Assembly (NCBI GenBank): GCA_022564385.1
Contig: JADFLN010000002.1
Span: forward strand, 1 to 34,190
From: Nitrososphaerota archaeon
GTDB lineage: Archaea; Thermoproteota; Nitrososphaeria; Nitrososphaerales; Nitrosopumilaceae
Reading direction: 5' to 3'
Length of the DNA stretch: 34,190 nucleotides
A program made the position numbers and the translations under genes. The notes beneath the pieces are model-generated. The model saw only the letters and a list, made by a program, of their open reading frames with translations, was not told the origin of the DNA and ran no database searches. Of this stretch, positions 1 to 8,642 are shown piece by piece (the stretch's first letter is position 1; each line of letters opens with the position of its first letter).

Positions 1-109
1 GTGAATTTTCTTTTCCTTTAGTTTCACAAACTAAATTTTCAACAAAAAAGATCTTAAGCATTACGACAACCTAGCATGTTTCCACGAATGAATCGGGGGG
101 ATACCATTT

Positions 110-1123
110 TTAGAGATTGTCTGTAATCTGTTTGGTAAATTCTGAAGTAGACATATCTCCTCCAATATCCTTGGTTTTAATTCCTGTTTTTACCAAATCA
201 AAGATTGTAGACTCCAACTTTTCTCCCACTTCAATACATTTTGAATCATTATTTTTCACTCCAAGCCAATCACACATCATCTTAATTGATAACAAAAATG
301 ATGAAGGATTTGCAATGTTTTGTCCTGCAATATCAAATGCAGCTCCATGAACTGGTTCAAACAATGCAAAATTATCGCCAATATTTGCAGCTGGTGCCAT
401 TCCTAACCCACCTACAACCTGAGATGATTCATCAGATAAAATATCACCATACAAATTTGTAGTGACTACAACATCGAATTCTTGTGGTTGACGTATTAAA
501 TTCATCGCACAAGCATCCACATACATTTCTTCAAATACAATTTCAGGATAATCTTTTGAAACATCAGTACAAGCTTTTGCAAATAAGCCATCTGTTATTC
601 TCATAACATTTGATTTGTGAACACAGGTAACTTTTTTCTTTAAATTTCTCTGCTTTGCAGTTTCAAATGCATACTTGGCAATTCTTTTTGATGCAGACAC
701 TGAAATTATCCTTAGTGCTACTGCAGAATCTCCTACTCGGAACTCTTTCCCTGTGTAAAGATCCTCAGTATTTTCTCGAACTATCACCATATCAATATCA
801 TCACGTAATGCGGGCATATGGGGATATGATTTTGCAGGTCGGATATTGGCATAAAGATCAAGCATTCTCCTCAATACAACAATAACATCAACTGCACTTT
901 CACCAACAGGAGCTTTCAAACATGCATCAGACTGCTTTATTGCATTAATAGTCTCATCAGGAAGTGCCTTTCCTGTCTGCTCAAGTGCATTATCACCAGC
1001 TGATAATTTTGTGATATCAAATTTCAAATCAAGTTTGTCATGAATGGTATTTAGCACAGAAATTGCAGATTCTGAAATTTCAGGACCAATTCCATCACCA
1101 GTAATTAATGATATTTTGTACAT
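110..1123 (-). CDS. leuB: 3-isopropylmalate dehydrogenase (isocitrate/isopropylmalate dehydrogenase family)
   Basis: GDGIGPE, VRENTEDLY, HKSNV, NLYGDILSDE and FEPVHGAAFDIAG motifs; last gene of the ilvB-ilvH-leuA run. Confidence 0.88.
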   Translation of the reverse strand: MYKISLITGDGIGPEISESAISVLNTIHDKLDLKFDITKLSAGDNALEQTGKALPDETINAIKQSDACLKAPVGESAVDVIVVLRRMLDLYANIRPAKSYPHMPALRDDIDMVIVRENTEDLYTGKEFRVGDSAVALRIISVSASKRIAKYAFETAKQRNLKKKVTCVHKSNVMRITDGLFAKACTDVSKDYPEIVFEEMYVDACAMNLIRQPQEFDVVVTTNLYGDILSDESSQVVGGLGMAPAANIGDNFALFEPVHGAAFDIAGQNIANPSSFLLSIKMMCDWLGVKNNDSKCIEVGEKLESTIFDLVKTGIKTKDIGGDMSTSEFTKQITDNL

Positions 1124-1155
1124 AATGCTTCATCACAATAAGGGAATTTTAGGAT

Positions 1156-2670
1156 TTAGCTTACCTGTTTTTCTTTTAGCATCTTTTTGAGCATGATTCT
1201 ATTAATGCCATCAATCACAGCTTGAACACTTGTAGTTACAATATCCTCTCCAACTGATTTTGCTGAAACTTTATTTCCTTGTGCATCTTCTACACTAATT
1301 GTTACCTCACACAATGCAGATGAACCACCAGAGATAGATGCTAAAGCATAATCTTTAATTCGTATTTCTGAAATTTTACCAGTTATCTTTTGAATTGCAT
1401 TTAATGCTGCATCAACAGGACCTACGCCATGATCAGTTCCAGTAAACTCTTTTCCATCAATGTTTAATTTTACAAAGGCATAAGGTATTGTTCCAATTCC
1501 AGTGGAGACAGAAAATCCAGTTAATTGAACAATTCTTTGGATTCCTTTTTCACCCAAGACATCACTTGCAATAGAAAGTAATTCAACGTCAGTGATTTGT
1601 TTTCCTTGATCACCTAACACTTTGATTTTATCAAGAATTTGTTTTGATTGTTCTTCTGTTGGTTTGACTCCATATTCTGCAAGCATTGCATTCATTCCAT
1701 GAATTCCTGCATGTTTTCCAACACTAAGTCGTCTTTTTCTTCCAACTAATTCAGGACTGATTGGTTCGTATGTAAGAGGATTATTCAACACACCATGAGT
1801 ATGAATTCCAGACTCGTGACCGAATGCATTATCTCCAACAATAGCCTTATTTGGCTGAACTTTGATGCCCATAATTTTTGAAACATAGCGAGATGTATCA
1901 TAGATTAATTCAGATTTGATGTTAGTTTCATATTTTTGTTCATAAGGCAAGCATTGCAATGCCATTGAAAGTTCTTCTAATGATGCATTTCCTGCACGCT
2001 CACCAATTCCATTAATTGTAACATGTGCACAAGATGCTCCTGCATGAATTCCAGATAACGCATTAGCTACTGCCAATCCAAAGTCATTATGACAATGAAC
2101 ACTGATTGGGAGATTTGTTGCATCAATTGCATCACGAGTTATTTCTGCCATATACTCAGGAGTAGAGTAACCCACAGTATCTGGAATATCAATTCTATCA
2201 GCTCCTGCTTTTGCAACTTCACCAAACACCTTTTTCAAGAATTCCCTATCAGTTCTTGTTGCATCCTCAGCTGAGAATTCAACTTGAATGCCTCTTGATT
2301 TTCCATATTCTACTGCTTCAATTGCTTTTTCAAGTACTTGTTCTCTTGTCATTTTGAGTTTATACTCCAAGTGAATATCAGATGTTGCAATGAATGTGTG
2401 AATGGAATTTAATCCAGCATCAATTGCAGCATCAATGTCTCTTTTGTTAGTTCTTGCTAATCCAACAATCTCACAAGATAATCCTTCACTAGTAATCATC
2501 TTTATTCCTTTTAATTCACCATCAGAAACTATTGGAAAGCCTGCTTCAATTACGTCAACGCCAAGTGTATCAAGTTTTTTGGCAATAGAGAGTTTTTGAT
2601 CTGGGGATAAGGATACTCCAATAGTTTGTTCTCCATCTCTCAATGTTGTATCAAATATTCTAATTTTCAT
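1156..2670 (-). CDS. leuA: 2-isopropylmalate synthase (DRE-TIM family with C-terminal allosteric domain); citramalate synthase activity not excluded
   Basis: DTTLRDGEQ, HCHNDFG, GIGERAGNA, HESGIH, and C-terminal GVGPVDA regulatory domain; start overlaps the ilvH stop (ATGA). Confidence 0.85.
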   Translation of the reverse strand: MKIRIFDTTLRDGEQTIGVSLSPDQKLSIAKKLDTLGVDVIEAGFPIVSDGELKGIKMITSEGLSCEIVGLARTNKRDIDAAIDAGLNSIHTFIATSDIHLEYKLKMTREQVLEKAIEAVEYGKSRGIQVEFSAEDATRTDREFLKKVFGEVAKAGADRIDIPDTVGYSTPEYMAEITRDAIDATNLPISVHCHNDFGLAVANALSGIHAGASCAHVTINGIGERAGNASLEELSMALQCLPYEQKYETNIKSELIYDTSRYVSKIMGIKVQPNKAIVGDNAFGHESGIHTHGVLNNPLTYEPISPELVGRKRRLSVGKHAGIHGMNAMLAEYGVKPTEEQSKQILDKIKVLGDQGKQITDVELLSIASDVLGEKGIQRIVQLTGFSVSTGIGTIPYAFVKLNIDGKEFTGTDHGVGPVDAALNAIQKITGKISEIRIKDYALASISGGSSALCEVTISVEDAQGNKVSAKSVGEDIVTTSVQAVIDGINRIMLKKMLKEKQVS

Positions 2671-3149
2671 GATCCACTCCTTTGCAATGCAGCAACACCA
2701 GTCCGTGCCACATCAATAATGCCAAATGGCTTTATCAATTCCTCAAATGCCTGGATTTGATGAGGAGTTGCAGTTAATTCTATCATAAGTGATTTCTTTT
2801 GCACATCATGCACTTTTCCCCCATATGCATTGGCGATCTTGTTAAGTTCCATACTATCATTAGCGTTACTGAGTTTTATCATAAAAAGACAGAGTTCTCT
2901 ATACACTGTCTTGTGCTCGTCTAATTGCTTGACATCTACTGTATCAATCATTTTATCAAGTTGTTTTACAATCTGTGCAATCTGCTTTTCATCAGTATTG
3001 GTAGTAATAGTCATTCTAGAATAATCAGGATTCTCAGTTACCCCTACTGAGATGCTATCAATATTGAAATTTCTAGCTCTAAAAAGATTAGTTATCTTAA
3101 ACAAGACACCTGTTTTGTTTTCAACTAAAATAGAAATAATTGCCCACAT
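2667..3149 (-). CDS. ilvH: acetolactate synthase small (regulatory, ACT) subunit
   Basis: VENKTGVL..F..RNFNIDSI ACT motif, RELCL, ARTG; directly follows ilvB. Confidence 0.93.
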   Translation of the reverse strand: MWAIISILVENKTGVLFKITNLFRARNFNIDSISVGVTENPDYSRMTITTNTDEKQIAQIVKQLDKMIDTVDVKQLDEHKTVYRELCLFMIKLSNANDSMELNKIANAYGGKVHDVQKKSLMIELTATPHQIQAFEELIKPFGIIDVARTGVAALQRSGS

Positions 3150-3158
3150 GACTAATCA

Positions 3159-4871
3159 CTATGATGGTAATACCATATCTGCAAGCGAAGTTCCAGGAGC
3201 TACAAATGGCAATACATCTTCTAAAGGATCAATTGGAATATCGATTACAGTAGCAACATCACTGCTTAATGCAGTTTTAATTGCTTTATCAAGCTCATCC
3301 ATTGATTGTGCCCTAATTCCTTGTGCCCCATATGATTCTGCTAATTTTACATAATCAGGACAATGTTGTTGATCTACACCAATCATTCTTTTGTCATAGA
3401 AAGTTCTTTGCCATTGTGCAACCATTCCTAATGAAAAGTTGTTTAAGATAAACACGATTACTGGAATATCTTCCAATACTGCAGTTGCGAGTGAGTTTTC
3501 AGTCATACTGAAACTGCCATCTCCTGCGATATCCACTACTGGAACATCAGGTCTTGCAACTTTGGCACCAATTGATGCTGGAAATCCCCAACCCATAGTA
3601 CCAAGTCCAGTAGAACTAAAGAAAGTACCAGGTTGAATTACATCATAGAACAATGATGCCCACATTTGGTGTTGTCCTACTTCAGTAGTGATGATTGATT
3701 CAATTGGTAATAGTTCTCTGAGTTTACGTAAAATTTTTGCAGCCCCCATTTCACCTGAATGAATTTTTAAATTCTCTTTCCAATAAGCTTTAGTTTCTTT
3801 AACATGTTTTATCCATGTAGATTCTTCAGTTTTTTTGATTGAACGTTGCAAAAGTAATTTTATCATTATTCGAAGTGACGCTTTAACATCTCCAATAACT
3901 GCAATCTGTGCTGTTTGGTTTTTACCAATTTCTGCAGGATCTATATCCATGTGAATAATTTTGAGTCGCTTTTCAAAGGCTTCAAAGGTTCCAATTGATC
4001 TATCAGAGAATCTAGTGCCTATTGCTAATACACAATCAGCTTCTGTCATCATTTTGTTTGCCTCTGCATGACCATGCATTCCAATTGGACCTAATGACAA
4101 AGGATGATTTTCAGGAAATGCCCCCTTTCCTTTGAAAGTTGTAACTACTGGAAGCATGAGAGTTTCAGCAATAGATTGTAATTCAGCAAAAGCTGATGAG
4201 ATAATAGTTCCGCCACCAGCTAAGATGATTGGTCTTTCTGAATTAAGTAACATATCAACTGCTCTTTCACATGCAACAATATCAGGATCAGTCCAAGGAT
4301 GATAACCTTGAATTTTAAATTCATCAGGAAATTCCATCTCTGCTTCATTTTGTTGAACATCTTTTGGAATGTCAATAAGTACAGGTCCTGGTCGTCCAGT
4401 GCGTGCAATGTAAAATCCTTTTCTTACAGCTTCTGGAACTTCATTAGCTTTTCTTGGTTGAAATGCATATTTTACAACAGGGTTTGACATTCCAATAATA
4501 TCACTTTCTTGGAATGCATCTTTTCCAATCATTGCAACAGGTACTTGACCAGTTACAGCAACCATTGGTGAGGAATCAGCTTGTGCTGTTGCAAGTCCAG
4601 TCAATATGTTAGTGGCACCTGGTCCTGATGTTGCAAAACAAACACCAGGTTTTCTGCTTACTCTACCAAAACCATCAGCCATATGAGCTGCTGATTGTTC
4701 ATGTCTTGCCAAGATATGTCTAATATTACATCTAGCAAATTCGTCATACATTGGAAGATTTGCACCTCCGGGTATACCAAATACTTGCTTGACGCCTTCT
4801 TTTTCCATAGCCGTCATCAAGGCCTTTGCACCTGTCATAGTTTCCATTTTATCTATCAAATCAATCGCCAT
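3159..4871 (-). CDS. ilvB: acetolactate synthase large subunit (ThDP-dependent); alternative start ATG 4847
   Basis: FGIPGG, RHEQ, TSGPGATN, RPGPV, GLGTMGWG, GDGS..NN ThDP motif. Confidence 0.95.
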   Translation of the reverse strand: MAIDLIDKMETMTGAKALMTAMEKEGVKQVFGIPGGANLPMYDEFARCNIRHILARHEQSAAHMADGFGRVSRKPGVCFATSGPGATNILTGLATAQADSSPMVAVTGQVPVAMIGKDAFQESDIIGMSNPVVKYAFQPRKANEVPEAVRKGFYIARTGRPGPVLIDIPKDVQQNEAEMEFPDEFKIQGYHPWTDPDIVACERAVDMLLNSERPIILAGGGTIISSAFAELQSIAETLMLPVVTTFKGKGAFPENHPLSLGPIGMHGHAEANKMMTEADCVLAIGTRFSDRSIGTFEAFEKRLKIIHMDIDPAEIGKNQTAQIAVIGDVKASLRIMIKLLLQRSIKKTEESTWIKHVKETKAYWKENLKIHSGEMGAAKILRKLRELLPIESIITTEVGQHQMWASLFYDVIQPGTFFSSTGLGTMGWGFPASIGAKVARPDVPVVDIAGDGSFSMTENSLATAVLEDIPVIVFILNNFSLGMVAQWQRTFYDKRMIGVDQQHCPDYVKLAESYGAQGIRAQSMDELDKAIKTALSSDVATVIDIPIDPLEDVLPFVAPGTSLADMVLPS

Positions 4872-4903
4872 AATTTTAATGAAGTTAAAAATTTGAGCAC
4901 ACT

Positions 4904-4963
4904 TTACAGTAAAACAACAACTTGCAAATTCTTGCTAATTGGTCCAGTTACTTTTATGCTCAT
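4904..4963 (-). CDS. putative ilv/leu leader peptide MSIKVTGPISKNLQVVVLL (19 aa)
   Basis: Read directly: ATG at 4963, TAA at 4906-4904; 9 of 19 codons are Ile/Val/Leu, ending TTG CAA GTT GTT GTT TTA CTG; stop lies 32 nt before the ilvB ATG 4871; too short for the ORF track. Confidence 0.7.
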   Translation of the reverse strand: MSIKVTGPISKNLQVVVLL

Positions 4964-4991
4964 TGAAATCAAAAATAAAACCAATCAATAA

Positions 4992-4999
4992 TTAATAAA
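4992..4999 (-). promoter_or_regulatory. TATA box for the leader-ilvB transcript
   Basis: TTTATTAA on the minus strand ending 29 nt upstream of the leader ATG, the spacing expected for a near-leaderless archaeal transcript. Confidence 0.55.
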
Positions 5000-5073
5000 G
5001 ATTACCAGAAAAATAATCAGGATTTAATCATTTTCGAGTCAGAAGACTTAAACTGATAATTTACATATTTGAA

Positions 5074-5487
5074 ATGACTATATTGTTAGATCGTGAAGAA
5101 ATCATCAAAATTATTGAAACACTATTTGAAGCAGGAGTAACAAAAGATCTAACACAACTAAAAGACATACATCTTGATGATCCTAGATTTTCTAGCTTTA
5201 GTGATTTGCCACCATATGATCTTAAGGATTATAAAACTACAATAGAATTAGAAGAATTAAAATTTATTAGTATTTCAGACTATAGTTATGAAATTAAAAA
5301 TCTAAAAATTAGTATTTTTGGAGATGCTGCAATTGTGGCAATGGAGTTAATTCAACAAGGAATTATAATAGACAATAAAGCATTCACTGGTGAACACATG
5401 AAAATCAAAGGAAGGGCAACATTTGTTTTGATAAAACAACCAACATGGAAAATTGCACACATTCATCTCTCAAAGATAGAGGGATAG
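5074..5487 (+). CDS. SnoaL/NTF2-like fold protein
   Basis: C-terminal pattern IFGDAAIV...GRATFVL...WKIAHIHLS is typical of SnoaL-like proteins. Confidence 0.75.
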   Translation: MTILLDREEIIKIIETLFEAGVTKDLTQLKDIHLDDPRFSSFSDLPPYDLKDYKTTIELEELKFISISDYSYEIKNLKISIFGDAAIVAMELIQQGIIIDNKAFTGEHMKIKGRATFVLIKQPTWKIAHIHLSKIEG

Positions 5488-5488
5488 A

Positions 5489-6337
5489 TTATTTCTTAGT
5501 TGTATTAGGTTTGTTTTGATTAGGTTTGTTTTGATTAGGTTTGTTTTTTGGACCTTCACTAACTAGTTTTTTGTAATAGGCATATGCTTGATCAACAGTA
5601 GAATTTCCATGAACTATGGTTCTAACTGCTTTAATCATTTCAACAGGATGTTCTGATTGCCAGATATTTCTCCCCATGTCAACTCCAACGGCACCACCTT
5701 TGATTGAGTTGTATGTTAATTGTAATGCATCACGTTCTGGGATTTTTTTTCCTCCTGCAACAATAATTGGAACAGGACATGATTGAACAACTTTTTCAAA
5801 ATTTTCACAATAATATGTTTTAACAATATGTGCCCCTTGCTCAGCTGCAATTCTGCATGCCAAGGAAAGATATCTCGCATCTTTACCCAATTCTTTTCCA
5901 ACTGCAGTTACAGCCAATACAGGAATTCCATATTTTTCGGCTTTACTTACTAATTTTCCAAGATTCACAATAGTTTGATGTTCATATTTTGAGCCAACAA
6001 AAATAGACATTGCAAGTGCACTTGCATTGAGTCTAATTGCATCTTGAATTGAAACAGTTATTTCTTCTTGAGATAAATCCTCACCAATAATACTTGAACC
6101 GCCAGAGACTCTCAACACCATTGGGGTGTTAGTAGTTGCAGGAACACATGTTCTCTGAATGCCTCTTGTAACCATCAAAGAGTCACAATATTTCAAGAGA
6201 GGTGCAATTACTTTTTTTGGATTCTCTAATTTTTCAGTCGGGCCAAGGAAATATCCATGATCAACTGCTAACATTAATGCACGATTATCTTGTGGTTTAA
6301 TGATTTGTGAGAGTCTATTTTTTAATCCCCAATCCAA
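5489..6337 (-). CDS. lsrF: LsrF-like thiolase / DhnA-type class I aldolase family protein
   Basis: MDWGLKNRL, LAVDHGYFLGP, GAHIVKTYY (Schiff-base Lys), AGGKK, GVDMGRNIWQ; TTG start. Confidence 0.8.
   Translation of the reverse strand: MDWGLKNRLSQIIKPQDNRALMLAVDHGYFLGPTEKLENPKKVIAPLLKYCDSLMVTRGIQRTCVPATTNTPMVLRVSGGSSIIGEDLSQEEITVSIQDAIRLNASALAMSIFVGSKYEHQTIVNLGKLVSKAEKYGIPVLAVTAVGKELGKDARYLSLACRIAAEQGAHIVKTYYCENFEKVVQSCPVPIIVAGGKKIPERDALQLTYNSIKGGAVGVDMGRNIWQSEHPVEMIKAVRTIVHGNSTVDQAYAYYKKLVSEGPKNKPNQNKPNQNKPNTTKK
5504..5548. repeat. 15-bp tandem repeat x3 (ATTAGGTTTGTTTTG) encoding the NKPNQ tail of the LsrF-like protein
   Basis: Copies at 5504, 5519 and 5534 (last has one mismatch). Confidence 0.92.
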
Positions 6338-6383
6338 TTCTCTTCGATTTTGAAAGAATCGAAATACCTTTCTTAAGCCTTTC

Positions 6384-7412
6384 TTATTTTGTAATGATTA
6401 TTTTCATTGCATTATCACCACTACGTGCATGATCAAATGCTTTTTGGGAATCAACAATTGGGTAGGTATGTGTGATTAGTTGTTTTACATCTATTTGAGA
6501 AGATTCAATTAGATTAAGAGCTTCTTTAGTATCTTTATCAGATGCAGCATAACTAGTAACAAGAGTAATCTCTTTCGAATAGATTATACTCATATCAAAA
6601 TTTAATTTTGCTCCTTTTGAAGGAACACCAAACATCATAACAGTGCCACCTTTTCTTACCATATCAATAGCATCCTCAAGGGCATTCATACTACTAGTTG
6701 CAACAATTGCAACATCTACTCCTCGCCCATCAGTATGTTTCAAAATCTTTTGTTTTCTATCTTCATCCATTGAATTTATTGATTCAGTAATATTGAATTT
6801 TTTTACAAAACTTAATCTAAAGTCATTAATATCAAAACAGAAAATTTTTGAGAATTTCTTTATCAAAGATAACATTACATGTAACATTCCTGTCGGACCA
6901 ACACCAAAAATTGCAGCAGAATCACTTTCATTATAACAAAATTTGGTCCAAGCCCGCACACAACATGCTAGAGGTTCAATCATTGCAGCTTCTTCAAAGC
7001 TTAGAGAATCAGAAATTTTCAGAATGCCGCCATGTGAAACATTCCATGCAGGTACAACATATTCTTCAGATAACCCACAAGGAGAGAGATTTGTTTCATA
7101 GTATTTTTTACACATAGTTTCATTACCATGATTACATAAATGACAATCATAACAAGGAACATGATGATGAGTGAATACTCTATCACCTTTTTTAAATTCT
7201 GTAACATTAGAACCAACATCTAAAATTACACCTGCAGGTTCATGTCCTAAACGCATAGATGGTTGCCCATATTGACCAAAAACTTTTTCCAAATCAGAGC
7301 CACAAATTCCACAAGCATGCATCTGTACTAAAACATCACCAAGCCCCAATGTTGGCTTTTCTGTTTCATCAACAGAGATTACTGATGGTTCTTTAACAAA
7401 TGCTGTTTTCAT
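6384..7412 (-). CDS. Zn-dependent medium-chain dehydrogenase (sorbitol/threonine dehydrogenase-like)
   Basis: CGSD, GHE, structural Zn site CYDCHLC-x7-C, GVGPTG Rossmann motif. Confidence 0.9.
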   Translation of the reverse strand: MKTAFVKEPSVISVDETEKPTLGLGDVLVQMHACGICGSDLEKVFGQYGQPSMRLGHEPAGVILDVGSNVTEFKKGDRVFTHHHVPCYDCHLCNHGNETMCKKYYETNLSPCGLSEEYVVPAWNVSHGGILKISDSLSFEEAAMIEPLACCVRAWTKFCYNESDSAAIFGVGPTGMLHVMLSLIKKFSKIFCFDINDFRLSFVKKFNITESINSMDEDRKQKILKHTDGRGVDVAIVATSSMNALEDAIDMVRKGGTVMMFGVPSKGAKLNFDMSIIYSKEITLVTSYAASDKDTKEALNLIESSQIDVKQLITHTYPIVDSQKAFDHARSGDNAMKIIITK

Positions 7413-7453
7413 TATAAAACATTGTAATATTGATTATAAGTAGATTAAATGAA

Positions 7454-7747
7454 TCATACACCAAGAATCTTTTTTAGCATCGCTCTGTAATCAACTTCAG
7501 TTTTTTCACTTCCTATTGAAGGTAATGAAAAAACAAGAGTATCTTTTTCAGCTCGAAGTGCTGTTAATTCATCATCAATGGATTTTGTGATATCATCACT
7601 GACAAGAATCAATCCAACATTAGAATCATCCGTCAATCTCTTAATTTCATCCAAAGCTTTTTGTGGTGTTTCAGAAATAATTCCTGGAACTCCAGCTAAT
7701 TGAAAACTAGTTACAAATGATTTACTCCCAACAGTGAAGATTTCCAT
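7454..7747 (-). CDS. atpF: A/V-type ATP synthase subunit F
   Basis: 97 aa; V.SFQLAGV N-terminus, GLILV, and KKILGV C-terminus typical of the family. Confidence 0.85.
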   Translation of the reverse strand: MEIFTVGSKSFVTSFQLAGVPGIISETPQKALDEIKRLTDDSNVGLILVSDDITKSIDDELTALRAEKDTLVFSLPSIGSEKTEVDYRAMLKKILGV

Positions 7748-7835
7748 AGTTAAAATTTTGTCTATTCTAATTTAACCCTTTTTGGTAGGTAATAGATCAG
7801 GAAAGATTGATTTAGTTTGAAAAATTAGGGAATTC

Positions 7836-8135
7836 ATGACAGAAATCGATACTCAAAAAAATATCTATTTGTTCCTTCATGGAAGAATGGATCTGAAAGA
7901 AAAAGCAATGAATGGGCTTACAACAAAGGGATTTGCAAATGATAAAGTAATCATGGCTTTACCAAATGAAGTTGGAAATGTAGGAGATTACATGGCAATG
8001 TTATGGATGCCACCAAATCCAGACCACATTAAGATTCAACAAATTACAAAAATTGAAAAAGTGGAATCAGATGATGTAACTGGCCTTTGGAAAGGAGTCT
8101 CAAAAGATGATATAGATACTATTCCATTAGAGTAA
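7836..8135 (+). CDS. hypothetical protein
   Basis: 99-aa ATG ORF divergent from atpF, protein-like composition; no motif recognised. Confidence 0.75.
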   Translation: MTEIDTQKNIYLFLHGRMDLKEKAMNGLTTKGFANDKVIMALPNEVGNVGDYMAMLWMPPNPDHIKIQQITKIEKVESDDVTGLWKGVSKDDIDTIPLE

Positions 8136-8238
8136 GTTATCAGAAACAACCAACTAAAGTCAGTGCATTTTTTTCAATATATTTCTAGAATCAGAATTTT
8201 TTAATTTTCTAGAATAAAATATTCCAAAAATTAGTACA

Positions 8239-8294
8239 TTGAATTGTTACTAACCGAAATTGTCTATAAAATTTTTACTTAGTAACACATTCAA
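8239..8294. other. long imperfect inverted repeat (possible terminator or structured RNA) between convergent genes
   Basis: TTGAAT-TGTTACTAA (8239-8253) pairs with TTAGTAACA-C-ATTCAA (8279-8294). Confidence 0.55.
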
Positions 8295-8305
8295 ATAATA
8301 AATAA

Positions 8306-8608
8306 TTACAAATCAGAAAGCAATCCGGAAAGAAAATCAGAAAATTCTTCATCAGAGAAAACAATTTTCTCAATTTTATTTTCTCTTTGAGCAATCTTAG
8401 CAGATTCCAAATGATAGCAAGTGGTTTTTCCATTTAGTTGTCCAAAGTAAAATCCAGGACAAGAACAATAACCACCTTCAGGATCAAACCAGTATTCTTT
8501 TTCTTTCCCTACAACTGTCCAAATTTTTCGTTGACTGGGCTCAAAAATATGTAGTTTTATACGCTTTTCAGAAACTATTGTCTCAACTCTATCCGAGTCT
8601 TTATTCAC
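8306..8608 (-). CDS. SWIM zinc-finger protein
   Basis: YCSCPGF...CYHL (CxC-xn-CxH); GTG start. Confidence 0.85.
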   Translation of the reverse strand: MNKDSDRVETIVSEKRIKLHIFEPSQRKIWTVVGKEKEYWFDPEGGYCSCPGFYFGQLNGKTTCYHLESAKIAQRENKIEKIVFSDEEFSDFLSGLLSDL

Positions 8609-8642
8609 AAGGATTTAATCAGATATCTGTAGTATAACTTTG

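Noticed and set aside
4695-4991. 98-aa plus-strand ORF over the ilvB 5' end
   Set aside because: Antisense to ilvB and the leader, with no recognisable features.
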